A DNA stretch of 64,000 nucleotides, from positions 399,943-463,942 of the forward strand of contig CAWDNU010000004.1 in assembly GCA_963803705.1 (NCBI GenBank), read 5' to 3'. The DNA is from an uncultured Pseudobdellovibrionaceae bacterium. GTDB taxonomy: Bacteria > Bdellovibrionota > Bdellovibrionia > Bdellovibrionales > UBA1609. Below, in pieces: positions 10,387 to 19,627 of this stretch. Each line of letters starts with the position of its first letter. Position 1 is the first letter of the stretch. The notes beneath the pieces are model-generated. The model saw only the letters and a program-made list of their open reading frames with translations, was not told the origin of the DNA and did not search any database. The position numbers were made by a program, and so were the translations under genes.

Positions 10387-12750
10387 ATGTCAGATCTAGA
10401 TTCAAAAATTGTTAGAGCCTTAAATAATCAGCTGAATTATAAGTCAGAGCAAATATTAAAATCTTTAGAACTTTTGATCACTGAAAAATCCACTATTCCA
10501 TTTGTTTCAAGATACAGAAAAGAGGCCACAGGTGGACTGGATGATGTAGCATTAATTGAAATATTAGATACTTACAACGACACTGTAGCTAAAGAAGATC
10601 GAAGGTCATTTATTTTAGAAACCTTAAAGAAATTAGAAAAACTGACTTCAGAATTAGAAAATTCAATATTAGCAGCCAAAACCTTAAATCAACTAGAGGA
10701 TTTGTACGCCCCTTTTAAAAGTAAAGTTAAAACTAAAGCTCAGGTGGCAATTGAGCAGGGTTTAAAGCCTTTGGCTGAACTTATGAAGACCACAGCACTA
10801 AAACCCAAAGAATTAGAAAAAGAAAAAGCAGCTGAATTTATAAGTAAAAACAATAAAGTTGATTCTTTCGATCAAGCCATAGAAGGCGCTTGTGACATTG
10901 TCATAGAAGAGATTTCGAATAACCCTGAACTTAAAGATGAATTTAGAAAATTTTATTGGGAACAGGCCACACTTAAGTCTAACTTAAAAAAAGGTGCAGA
11001 AAAGGTCGAACAGCATTTAAAGTACAAGGACTACTTCGAATTTGAACAGAAGCTGTCTACACTTAAAGAGCCTAAAAGTAATTTTAGATTTTTAGCCTTA
11101 AAAAGAGGTGCTAATGAAAAGATCTTAAACTTGAGTTTAGTCGTTGATTCGGAGCACTTGGTGGGACTTGTTCTAGGCAAAACTTTTCCAAATTTAGACA
11201 GGCTTGGATTTAAAGATATACTTAAAGTGTGCGGCCAAAAGGCATACTCTCAGTATATCCATCGAAGTTTAGACAACGAGATTAAAAGTGAACTTAAAGA
11301 TCTGGGTGACGATTCTGCTATACAGATTTTTAGCGAAAACTTAAAGAGCTTATTGCTACAGCCTTACATAGGACAAAAGGCAATATTAGGGATCGATCCC
11401 GGCGTTAGGACAGGTTGCAAAGTGGTAGCTATTGATCAAAACGGCAACTACTTGATCGACTCTGTTATTTACCCTCATCCACCTAAAGTGGATAAAGTAG
11501 GGTCTGCTAAAACAATTTTGCTTTTCTTAGAAAAATTTAAAATCGATTTCATAGCTATAGGCAGCGGAACTTACGGACGAGAGACTTTACAATTTTTGCA
11601 AGAAAGTATTCCCGATGTAAAGTCAGGCAAAATTAAGGCCGTACTGGTTAATGAAGATGGTGCCAGTATCTATTCAGCCAGCCAGGTGGCCCGGGAAGAG
11701 TTTCCGGACAAGGACGTAACTGTTCGCGGGGCCATTAGTATTGCTAGAAGATTTCAGGACCCCTTAGCCGAACTGGTAAAGATCGACCCAAAATCTATCG
11801 GAGTTGGGCAGTACCAGCATGACGTTAATCCTATTAAATTAAAAAAATCTTTGGGATACGCCGTTGAAGCCTGTGTAAATCATGTGGGCGTTGACTTAAA
11901 CACCGCTAGTTACTCGCTTTTAACCTATGTATCAGGCATCGGCCCTGGAGTCGCAAAGAGCATCGTTAAAACTCGCGAAAAGATTGGTGGTTTTAAAGAT
12001 AGAAAAGAGCTATTGAAAGTTTCCCGCTACACCGCTAAAACATTTGAACAGTCAGCCGGTTTTTTAAGGATCCATGGTGGCAAGAACCCATTAGATGCAA
12101 CCTTTATTCACCCCGAGGCCTACCCAATTCTAGAATCTTGGTGCAAAAAAAATGATATAAAATTAAGTGAGCTTCCACAAAATAAAGACAACATAGAATT
12201 GCTAATAAAAGATAAAGATCTTCAAATAGAAATCGGAAAGTACACCCATGATGATATTATAAAGTGCTTAACAGCATCCAAACAAGATCCACGCACAGAG
12301 TTTGAAAGCTTTAAATACCGAGATGATATTAAAGAAATGTCTGATTTAAAAATTGGCCAGACTTACCCCGGGCTAATCACTAATATCACTCAATTCGGGG
12401 CGTTCGTGGATATAGGAATTAAAGAAAATGCCTTAATTCATATCTCGCAAATTTCAGACCAATTTGTAGATGACCCACTTAAGGTGTTAAAAGTAGGTCA
12501 GTCTGTGAAAGGGCGATTAATTGATTTGGATCCAACTAGAAAAAGAATTTCGCTATCGCTTAAATCCAATCCCGAAATAAATTCAGGTCATGCAAAAAAC
12601 AAATCAAACACAAACAGCAATTCAAAATCTTTAAACCAAAAAATAAATCAACCCCGAAATAATTCATCCTCAAACGAAAGAGTTAAAAATGATAACAGTA
12701 AAGTCGACGACAGTAATCCTTTCGCTGCTTTAAAAAAGTTAAAATTGTAG
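10387..12750 (+). CDS. tex: Transcription accessory protein Tex (S1 RNA-binding domain protein)
   Basis: The N-terminus carries IPFVSRYRKEATGGLD. GIDPGVRTGCKV marks the YqgF/RuvC-like domain, a HhH region follows, and the C-terminal S1 domain reads GLITNITQFGAFVDIG...IHISQISDQFV. Length is 787 aa. Confidence 0.92.
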   Translation: MSDLDSKIVRALNNQLNYKSEQILKSLELLITEKSTIPFVSRYRKEATGGLDDVALIEILDTYNDTVAKEDRRSFILETLKKLEKLTSELENSILAAKTLNQLEDLYAPFKSKVKTKAQVAIEQGLKPLAELMKTTALKPKELEKEKAAEFISKNNKVDSFDQAIEGACDIVIEEISNNPELKDEFRKFYWEQATLKSNLKKGAEKVEQHLKYKDYFEFEQKLSTLKEPKSNFRFLALKRGANEKILNLSLVVDSEHLVGLVLGKTFPNLDRLGFKDILKVCGQKAYSQYIHRSLDNEIKSELKDLGDDSAIQIFSENLKSLLLQPYIGQKAILGIDPGVRTGCKVVAIDQNGNYLIDSVIYPHPPKVDKVGSAKTILLFLEKFKIDFIAIGSGTYGRETLQFLQESIPDVKSGKIKAVLVNEDGASIYSASQVAREEFPDKDVTVRGAISIARRFQDPLAELVKIDPKSIGVGQYQHDVNPIKLKKSLGYAVEACVNHVGVDLNTASYSLLTYVSGIGPGVAKSIVKTREKIGGFKDRKELLKVSRYTAKTFEQSAGFLRIHGGKNPLDATFIHPEAYPILESWCKKNDIKLSELPQNKDNIELLIKDKDLQIEIGKYTHDDIIKCLTASKQDPRTEFESFKYRDDIKEMSDLKIGQTYPGLITNITQFGAFVDIGIKENALIHISQISDQFVDDPLKVLKVGQSVKGRLIDLDPTRKRISLSLKSNPEINSGHAKNKSNTNSNSKSLNQKINQPRNNSSSNERVKNDNSKVDDSNPFAALKKLKL

Positions 12751-12753
12751 CTT

Positions 12754-13641
12754 GTGGGTGTAGAGAGCCAATCTTACCTATACGCGTTTTCTGCGGTATT
12801 TTCGTTTTCGATTTCCGCAGTTGGATTTACGTATTTCACACAAAAAATTTCTGCATTATGGATGAATATCTTTAAGTGCATAATTTCATTTCTAATTAGC
12901 TTACCAATCATTTTATACTTAAACCACCACGCACTTTGGTCCTTTGAACAGTCGTGGCCTTTTTACTTAAGTGGAATTATTGGTTTGAACTTAGGCGACT
13001 GGATGTTACTAAGCGCTTATAAAAAAATTGGTCCGGCCAGAACTTTGATGCTTTTTGGGTTTCAGCCCTTAATAGCTGGGGGATTTTCTTTTTATGTTTG
13101 GGGCGAAACAATTTACCCAAGAAAACTTATCGCCATCATTTTTTTTATAATATGCTTATTTATTTTTAGCTTTGAAAAATTTAAGGTCAATAGAAAATGG
13201 GATTTTACTGGACTTCTATATGCCCTTGCCGGGGTAACCCTGGATAGCGTTGGCGTAATTTTAACCAGATACGGTTTTAATGAAAGCCCCGATATCAGTG
13301 GATTGGACGCACAATATATCAGAACTTTAGCAGCACTTGTAAGTTTTGTTTTTTTCATTCCATTTGTTAAAATAGACGTGATCGCTAACTACTTTTCACT
13401 GACCCAAAAAGAAAGAGGTGTCGCCGTACTATCAAGTGTATTTGGTACATTCTTATCGTTAGCATTTTACATGCAGGCTATAAAAATTGGAAAACTTGCT
13501 GCAGTGACTTCCATTGTTCTAACTGACCCGATGATGTCTACTTTTTTCGAGTCTATCTGGCTTAAAAGGTGGCCATCAAAATATCTTTGGCTTGCGATGC
13601 TAAGTTTTATATGTGCAATGTATTTTTTGTTTTTATCTTAA
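12754..13641 (+). CDS. EamA/DMT-family transporter (GTG start)
   Basis: It has about 10 hydrophobic helices arranged as two EamA-like halves. Length is 295 aa. Confidence 0.7.
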   Translation: MGVESQSYLYAFSAVFSFSISAVGFTYFTQKISALWMNIFKCIISFLISLPIILYLNHHALWSFEQSWPFYLSGIIGLNLGDWMLLSAYKKIGPARTLMLFGFQPLIAGGFSFYVWGETIYPRKLIAIIFFIICLFIFSFEKFKVNRKWDFTGLLYALAGVTLDSVGVILTRYGFNESPDISGLDAQYIRTLAALVSFVFFIPFVKIDVIANYFSLTQKERGVAVLSSVFGTFLSLAFYMQAIKIGKLAAVTSIVLTDPMMSTFFESIWLKRWPSKYLWLAMLSFICAMYFLFLS

Positions 13642-14448
13642 AAAAAGGGCACAGGATCTTGGATTATGAATTTTGTTCTTTTGATTGTGATTAAGAGCTT
13701 TCATAACCATTTCGAAAGCTCTTGGTCGAAGTAGAGGTTTCCAATTTTGAATTAAATCGTAAACAGAGCTACTTAAATCTGAGGAGTGTTTTATTTTTAC
13801 CCCCAGGCCGTAGTCCATTAATACCCAACCGCGTCCATTAACATACCCAATTTGAAAAGGTAAAAAATCAGGTAACACTTTAACTTTTTCGAATGACTCT
13901 AGGAATAAAATTAGGTCAATAAATCTTGGATCAAAAGAATTAGGTGCTACACTCAAAAACGTGTTTAAAGTCATTGTAACCTTCAAGTATTCTACAACTG
14001 TTACAAAGTCAGATTGGTATTGAAGGTCTAAGATTTTTACAAGGCTTTTTGGATTAACAACAGATCTAAGCAAATAGTAGGATTCCATAAATCCAAGCGC
14101 CATTTGAACAGAATGGCTAGCTTCTAAACCACTGGTTGATATTTTAAGGTCATTAGAGCCGACGAACTGAGCTAAACGAACCGCGTTTCCCCTATCGTCT
14201 TCAAAAACAATTGTGTTGTTTCCTGACCCTAAAAACTGATTGAAAACAATGATGTCTCCAGATTCAAGCACCAGGTGATCCCCGGAATTTACCTTACGTC
14301 CATTAACAATAAGCTCGGAATTATTGTAGATATAATACCCTGGCGTGACTCTATCTTGACCAAACAAAACATGACTTTGCAAACCAAATGCAAGAGAAGG
14401 TACACACAACATTATAAGGACTATTTTAAACACGTGAAGTATTTGCAT
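13633..14448 (-). CDS. Secreted hypothetical protein
   Basis: It has a signal peptide (VLIMLCVPSLAFG). I recognise no family. A Gly-rich LGSGNNTIVF...AVRL segment is faintly kinase-like, which is speculative. Confidence 0.4.
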   Translation of the reverse strand: MQILHVFKIVLIMLCVPSLAFGLQSHVLFGQDRVTPGYYIYNNSELIVNGRKVNSGDHLVLESGDIIVFNQFLGSGNNTIVFEDDRGNAVRLAQFVGSNDLKISTSGLEASHSVQMALGFMESYYLLRSVVNPKSLVKILDLQYQSDFVTVVEYLKVTMTLNTFLSVAPNSFDPRFIDLILFLESFEKVKVLPDFLPFQIGYVNGRGWVLMDYGLGVKIKHSSDLSSSVYDLIQNWKPLLRPRAFEMVMKALNHNQKNKIHNPRSCALFLR

Positions 14449-14670
14449 AAATTATACCACCCCAACTTGGCCATCACGGAACTACACCATGGTCTAACCA
14501 CCATAGACCTGACGATATCCTGAAAATTTTTAACCAATTAAAATTTTAAAAAGTGACTTTCTTGAGCTTTATTGAATTTCCATCGTAAAAACCAGAACAA
14601 AGTGATGATTAATTAGGAAAGTAATTAAGTGGTCTAAATATTGCTTATTATTAAAAGATCGAGGATTTAT

Positions 14671-15858
14671 ATGAAATTTACTATTATTTTTATATTTTTA
14701 ATGCTTATTAGCACTATCATTCAGGCTCAGAGAGAATCTTGGAAAGACTATCAATGTATGCTTCAAAAATTCGATTTAGTTATTAGTAAGACTGTAGGCG
14801 AATGCTCAGGTACTTTTTTAAATAATAATATTTTTTTAACAGCGGCGCATTGTATTGATATACTATCTGCAGGCAATTCTGAGGACGTAAATTTTGAATA
14901 TTTAGTGGACTGCCCAAACTTAAAAGATTTTGTAAGCGTTAAAAATATCGCTGTTCACCCTAATTATTTTCTTAATGACGAAGACCTTGATGCATTTAAC
15001 TCGACCGCGTTGAATACTAAATATTTAATTGATCCTCAATCATTCGCCAGCTTAGTTAAGTATAATGACATCGCTCTGCTTTATACTAGCCATACACCTT
15101 TTGATGATTATCCGTCATTGGAGACAACTTCTAATAATACTTATAAAAACTGTAGCTTCTTAGGTTTTTCCAGGGACTATTGCCACAGTCCAGGCGGCGA
15201 AGGATGTCTTCGTGAACAAAAATCTATTTCCCCTTCAGATTATGGCGATTCTTATATGGATATTATGTGTAACCTTTTAACGGGTGAAAATTGTTATTTG
15301 CGATCTCAAGAAAAATTACGCTTACCTGTGCATCTTCAAACTGAAAAACCAAAATTTAGCCATGGTGACTCAGGAAGTGGTTTAATATGTAAGGTAGGCA
15401 ATAAAAATAAAATTGTTGGTTTAATTATTGGTCATGATCAAAAAACTGGTATTTTATCTTTAGCCCATAAAAACAGTTTTATTAGCGACTTTATTGGATT
15501 AAATGAGATTGAGTTTAAAACAAAATCGATGAATTTTTCTATCGAAAATCAGTATCGTAAAATCTTACAAAAAGCTCTTGATATCAAAAGGCAGTTATAT
15601 CCAATCAGCAGAGTCTTTGTTGGAAACCAAGGAATTGGCATTTTAACTAAGTTAGAAAATTGGATTTTGAAAAAAGGAAGTTTAATTAACTCAGGGCTTG
15701 AAAGAAAAAAAATAAAATTTATTAGCATCGTGGCGTCTGGGTCTGAAAACGCAAAGCAATCTGAAAAGCCATTTATTCATAAACCCACTGGATCTTACGG
15801 AATACTATATATTTTCACAAAATCAGACATAGACGATATAGAAAACATATTATTTTAA
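14671..15858 (+). CDS. Secreted trypsin-like (S1 family) serine protease with a C-terminal extension
   Basis: The catalytic triad motifs are LTAAHC (His), YNDIALL (Asp) and GDSGSGL (Ser). A signal peptide is present, and the ATG at 14671 follows a GAGG RBS. The ORF track starts at a TTG at 14641. Confidence 0.85.
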   Translation: MKFTIIFIFLMLISTIIQAQRESWKDYQCMLQKFDLVISKTVGECSGTFLNNNIFLTAAHCIDILSAGNSEDVNFEYLVDCPNLKDFVSVKNIAVHPNYFLNDEDLDAFNSTALNTKYLIDPQSFASLVKYNDIALLYTSHTPFDDYPSLETTSNNTYKNCSFLGFSRDYCHSPGGEGCLREQKSISPSDYGDSYMDIMCNLLTGENCYLRSQEKLRLPVHLQTEKPKFSHGDSGSGLICKVGNKNKIVGLIIGHDQKTGILSLAHKNSFISDFIGLNEIEFKTKSMNFSIENQYRKILQKALDIKRQLYPISRVFVGNQGIGILTKLENWILKKGSLINSGLERKKIKFISIVASGSENAKQSEKPFIHKPTGSYGILYIFTKSDIDDIENILF

Positions 15859-16054
15859 TAATTTTCTTTAAAGTTATAAACTTACAAAGTTAAACTTTTT
15901 AGATGTGGTAGTTTAGACTTGTATTTAAATAACTTATTTTCCGAACCATCGAATTCAATTCGTGTAGAAATCCACTCAATATTTTTCAAAAATTTCGACC
16001 ACATTACCTGAAGTCATCTTAATTAAATCGTCTCTAGTATCCGGAATTTTTCAA

Positions 16055-16945
16055 GGAAGATGTCGCATTTAATTTTTATGACGCCTGCTGAGCAGCTGCC
16101 AAGTCTTGTACTTTCTTAGTTTGCCTTCCTGAATTTAGCTCCAGAATATTGGGACGAGACCAATTTCTCGTATCCTTCGTCCAACGAATTGAATTTTGTC
16201 TTCGACCATTTTCGAAAACAGACTTTCGATTCTCCAAAATTTTTTATCTTTTTCAAAATGCCAAGATGCAGGTGTAACCCAATTAATACCACTATATAGA
16301 TGTTCGTTATTATACCAATTAACAAACTTTTCCGCCCATGCTCGTGGATCTTTTATACCTGAAAAGCGATCTCCTTGCGGGTACAACGGACAATACTTTA
16401 GCGTCTTAAAAAGGGCTTCAGAGTATGGATTGTCTTCTGAAACTTTAGGACGGCTAAAAGATGGTGTAACTCCAAGTTTGTGAAGGGTTGCAAGCATTGT
16501 TGCACCCTTCATCGGTCCACCATTATCTGAATGAAGCGTAATTTAATTTCTGTGAGTATTGTGCTTAATACGGGCTGCTTCGATCATCTCACTTGCTAGG
16601 CTGGCATTTTCTGTTGGGTGAATGTCCCAAGACAAAATTTGATTTGGACTCATAGCTAAGAATTCTTCTGGTTTCGCATACGGGCGCGGCTGTGACTTAC
16701 TTCTGTGGGCAAGCATACTCTCCGAATTCAAAACCCGGTTGAAAGTGCTCTCACTGGCAACGTACTTACCTTGATCTGCAAGTCTAGGAACGATCTGGCA
16801 TTTTGGTAAATTTGCAAACTCTGAACTGTTGGCAGTACTGTAGAACTAGGGTTTTCCGCAAAAACAACAATTTTTGTCATAAATTTAAGATTTTTGTTTT
16901 TCTGACCAACCTACATTGAAACCCTCTTAATTTTGAAATGCGACC
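16055..16945 (-). mobile_element. Decayed IS3-family (rve/DDE integrase) insertion sequence remnant
   Basis: Transposase-derived reading frames lie between candidate imperfect terminal inverted repeats. GTCGCATTTAATTT lies at about 16062-16075, and the reverse complement of GAAATGCGAC lies at about 16936-16945. The ~0.9 kb size is too short for an intact IS3 element. Confidence 0.55.
16076..16840 (-). pseudogene. IS3-family transposase (orfB/integrase core) pseudogene
   Basis: Recognisable pieces occur in three frames: QIVPRLADQGKYVASESTFNRVL..., SPNQILSWDI, and LHSDNGGPMKGATMLATLHKLGVTPSFSRPKVSEDNPYSEALFKTLKY...WYNNEHLYSGI. There is an in-frame TAA at 16543-16545. An internal deletion follows WDI. 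A frameshift precedes the C-terminal ...SIRWTKDTRNWSRPNILELN... segment that stops at 16076-16078. The N-terminus and orfA are missing. Confidence 0.75.
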
Positions 16946-17035
16946 TCTAAGCTTCATACTTTGAATCTGAACTCTAATATAAGGCTTCATTCTTGAGATT
17001 GGGTTTTAAGGAACAGATTTTGCAAAAATAAACAC

Positions 17036-17824
17036 ATGAAATTTATAGTTCTTTTTGCTGTCCTAATAAATTCAGCAATTTGCTTCTCGATGACCTGCGT
17101 TTCGTTATTAGCAAATAATGGTGGATACACATACCTAGATAAAGGGTATACAGGAGTTGTTTTCGTTAGAGAGGACAAGGCGTTTAAAGTACCATATAAT
17201 CCTGATGCCGTTGATACTTATTTGAGAGACGGCTATCAAGTAGTTAGTCATGAATTTCAACTACTCTCAACACTGAACTCTATAATTATTAAGTCAGGAG
17301 TTGAAGGTATAAGACCTCTGAATTTTGTTAGAGCTTCAAAGCTTGAAGATCCTATTCTATCTCGATTAGCCTAGCATAGAATTGAAACAGCTCTTGAAAC
17401 TGAAACATGGGTGGATCGAATAGATTTAAATGGAGTATTGGTGAGTGAGCATATCAAAGGCCGGAACTATTATCATGATATTATCAACTCACCTTTAGTT
17501 TCAGATGATGAGAAGCGGCGATATGCTACTAGATTTCATGAAATACTCCTGGCTTTGGAGAAATACATATTAAGCAATCCAAGTGACTTTAGTTTTATTA
17601 TGCGCGAAAAAATAGAAGATAGCGAGTCTGATGAATATGACTATTACAACTTTATTCAAACTGTTCTACCTAATTTTGAAGGTATTCCTAACAGTATGAA
17701 TCTAAAGCTTTTGAATCCATTTGGAGAAAGTGGATTATTGAAAACATTTACTATAAGTGTTCATGCTAGCCCAAATGTAATTGTCGACGAAAATGATGAA
17801 TTCGTGATTATTGACCCACACTAA
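17036..17824 (+). pseudogene. Secreted hypothetical protein interrupted by one in-frame TAG (two track ORFs, 17036-17374 and 17411-17824, share a frame)
   Basis: Both ORFs are in the same phase (17036 and 17411 are each 2 mod 3). The only interruption is the TAG at 17372-17374. Read through, it gives a ~262-aa protein with a signal peptide. Confidence 0.5.
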
Positions 17825-17857
17825 AATCACTTAGTTTTGATCAAAACTAAATGTAAG

Positions 17858-17891
17858 GAGGCTTGCGTTTCCGCAGGCTTTTGTTTTTTTT
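17858..17891 (+). terminator. Rho-independent terminator after the 17036-17824 gene
   Basis: The stem GCTTGCG (17861-17867), loop TTTC and stem CGCAGGC (17872-17878) pair with one G-U. The run TTTTGTTTTTTTT follows. Confidence 0.6.
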
Positions 17892-18253
17892 CGTATGATA
17901 GCTAGCTCTTATGAACACTTTACTCATCAACCCCTTTTTGCAATTTCTGAGCATTAAATTAAATCCCTTTCAAAAGTTTTAGAGCCTGTGTTGTTGATCC
18001 AGTCCCAGACTTCTTTTTTAAGCTCGGGGTCTTCAGGTTTCGATTTTAAGCGAGGTTTTGTGACTGTTTTAATTTCTCCAGTTTTCATATTGGTTACTTT
18101 GCAAGGCCTTTGCTTTTCATAATGTTTTTCATAATGTTAAAAGGGCCCAAAATTGTCAGCGAATCTGTTGGGCGCCATTTTCAAGCAGCTTAAAACTGTT
18201 ATGACCTATTTTGGCTAATCAAAAGTGGGTCCTAGATTTGCAGTTTTACAGGT

Positions 18254-18844
18254 ATGAAAAACTTAGAACCAAAAGTTATCAGTAAAGTGGGCGCAGTGTT
18301 AATGACTATTTTTGCCATGAACCTAATTGGGTGTGGCGGCGGCGGTGGTGGAAGTAAAGCAAGCACCAAAGCATGTCCAAGTAATCCATACTATGACTCT
18401 TATGAAGACGAGTGGTATAATTCCAGACACGATCTGACCTCTTGTAACCCTCTTCCGCAGACCTCAAGTGGCAGGTGTAGAAAAGGCGAAACTGCTGTTA
18501 GATCTCCGATTAGCTTTAACCTTGAATTTGAAATCAAAGTTTCAGCGGGTCTAAATGTTGGACCTAATTATCATCGAAATCCAGGTCAGTACGAAGAAGT
18601 TTGCGTGTTTGATAATAATGGACGCAGAGATGGAAGAGAGTGGGCCTATATAGATCATAACAGCAACTACGACTATATTGATTTTGATAGAATTCAAAGA
18701 ACTCGTCAAAGACCACCGGTTGTTCATCAGACACAAACAGTTTATAGAACTTCTGGAATCATTGCCGAACAAAGACCAGTGACTACAACAGACGTGCTTG
18801 TTGGTGTCGGAATACTTGGTGTTCTAGCTGTTTTGTTATTGTAA
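18254..18844 (+). CDS. Hypothetical lipoprotein with poly-Gly linker and C-terminal hydrophobic tail
   Basis: The lipobox NLIGC is followed by GGGGGGS. The C-terminus VLVGVGILGVLAVLLL ends the protein. Confidence 0.5.
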   Translation: MKNLEPKVISKVGAVLMTIFAMNLIGCGGGGGGSKASTKACPSNPYYDSYEDEWYNSRHDLTSCNPLPQTSSGRCRKGETAVRSPISFNLEFEIKVSAGLNVGPNYHRNPGQYEEVCVFDNNGRRDGREWAYIDHNSNYDYIDFDRIQRTRQRPPVVHQTQTVYRTSGIIAEQRPVTTTDVLVGVGILGVLAVLLL

Positions 18845-18967
18845 TAATTTTTTTTAAAAATCTAGCATTGAACCTTTAAAGGCTCGCAATTTTTTTTTAA
18901 CTGATGGGTGAATATTTTAATTTTAATTTTTAAATTTCAACTTTCAACTTTCAGTTTCCGCTTAGCA

Positions 18968-19627
18968 CTAAAGTCTAAAATGAAATCCACATACCACACC
19001 AAATTCTTCTAAAGTAGCTGGAGTATCTGAAACGTCTACGATTGAAGACGAGGTAAAAATTTCTGGCCTTAAAATTAAGTTAGGTGAAATTTGGTAATCA
19101 AAACCAATATGAACACCCATATAAATTTGTGAAGAGGTCACATCTTGAATCACATCTGTTTCGCGTTTCGTTTTAGCAATTGCTAATCCAGTGCCCAAGC
19201 CAATAAACGGAGCCCAAGTTTGCACTGTTATAGCCGATCCTAATCCCCCAGTCGGTATGATGGGCGGAGAATTATAAAAATAGCGCCTTAGAATTAAGCC
19301 AGAAAAACTGACCCCGGAACTGAAAGGTCCTAATCTAAAACCCCGTCTGTGACTAAATGCCAAAGAATACTTTGTGGCTATAAATGTTTCAATGCTTACA
19401 CCTAGCATGCCTGGGGTTTCGGCTCTTGATAAATCAAAAGTTTGAGTTTCAACTATCACCTCTTTATCTATGCCCGATCCACCATATCCAATCATCCCGC
19501 CGTATATGAAATCGGGTTTAAACCTTAAAGCGTGGGCTTCATTGATTAATAGAAACTGAAATATCAGAAAAAAAATATAAAAGCGTTTACGACTAGGCTG
19601 CAACTGACAATCCCTTAGCGTTATCAT
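18968..19627 (-). CDS. Hypothetical envelope protein, possibly a small OM beta-barrel
   Basis: The signal-like segment FYIFFLIFQFLLINEAHA is followed by Gly-rich amphipathic strand-like segments. The likely start is the internal Met (MITLRD...). It overlaps the 3' end of the upstream gene. Confidence 0.4.
   Translation of the reverse strand: MITLRDCQLQPSRKRFYIFFLIFQFLLINEAHALRFKPDFIYGGMIGYGGSGIDKEVIVETQTFDLSRAETPGMLGVSIETFIATKYSLAFSHRRGFRLGPFSSGVSFSGLILRRYFYNSPPIIPTGGLGSAITVQTWAPFIGLGTGLAIAKTKRETDVIQDVTSSQIYMGVHIGFDYQISPNLILRPEIFTSSSIVDVSDTPATLEEFGVVCGFHFRL

Noticed and set aside
16116-16483. ORFs 16116-16325 (minus) and 16196-16483 (plus)
   Set aside because: They are alternative-frame and antisense readings of the decayed IS3 transposase remnant, not independent genes.
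17954-18088. 44-aa minus-strand ORF (MKTGEIKTVTKPRLKSKPEDPELKKEVWDWINNTGSKTFERDLI) in the 430-nt gap
   Set aside because: It has no convincing RBS and no recognisable family, and it is short. It could be real or a remnant of mobile DNA, but the sequence alone does not support calling it.
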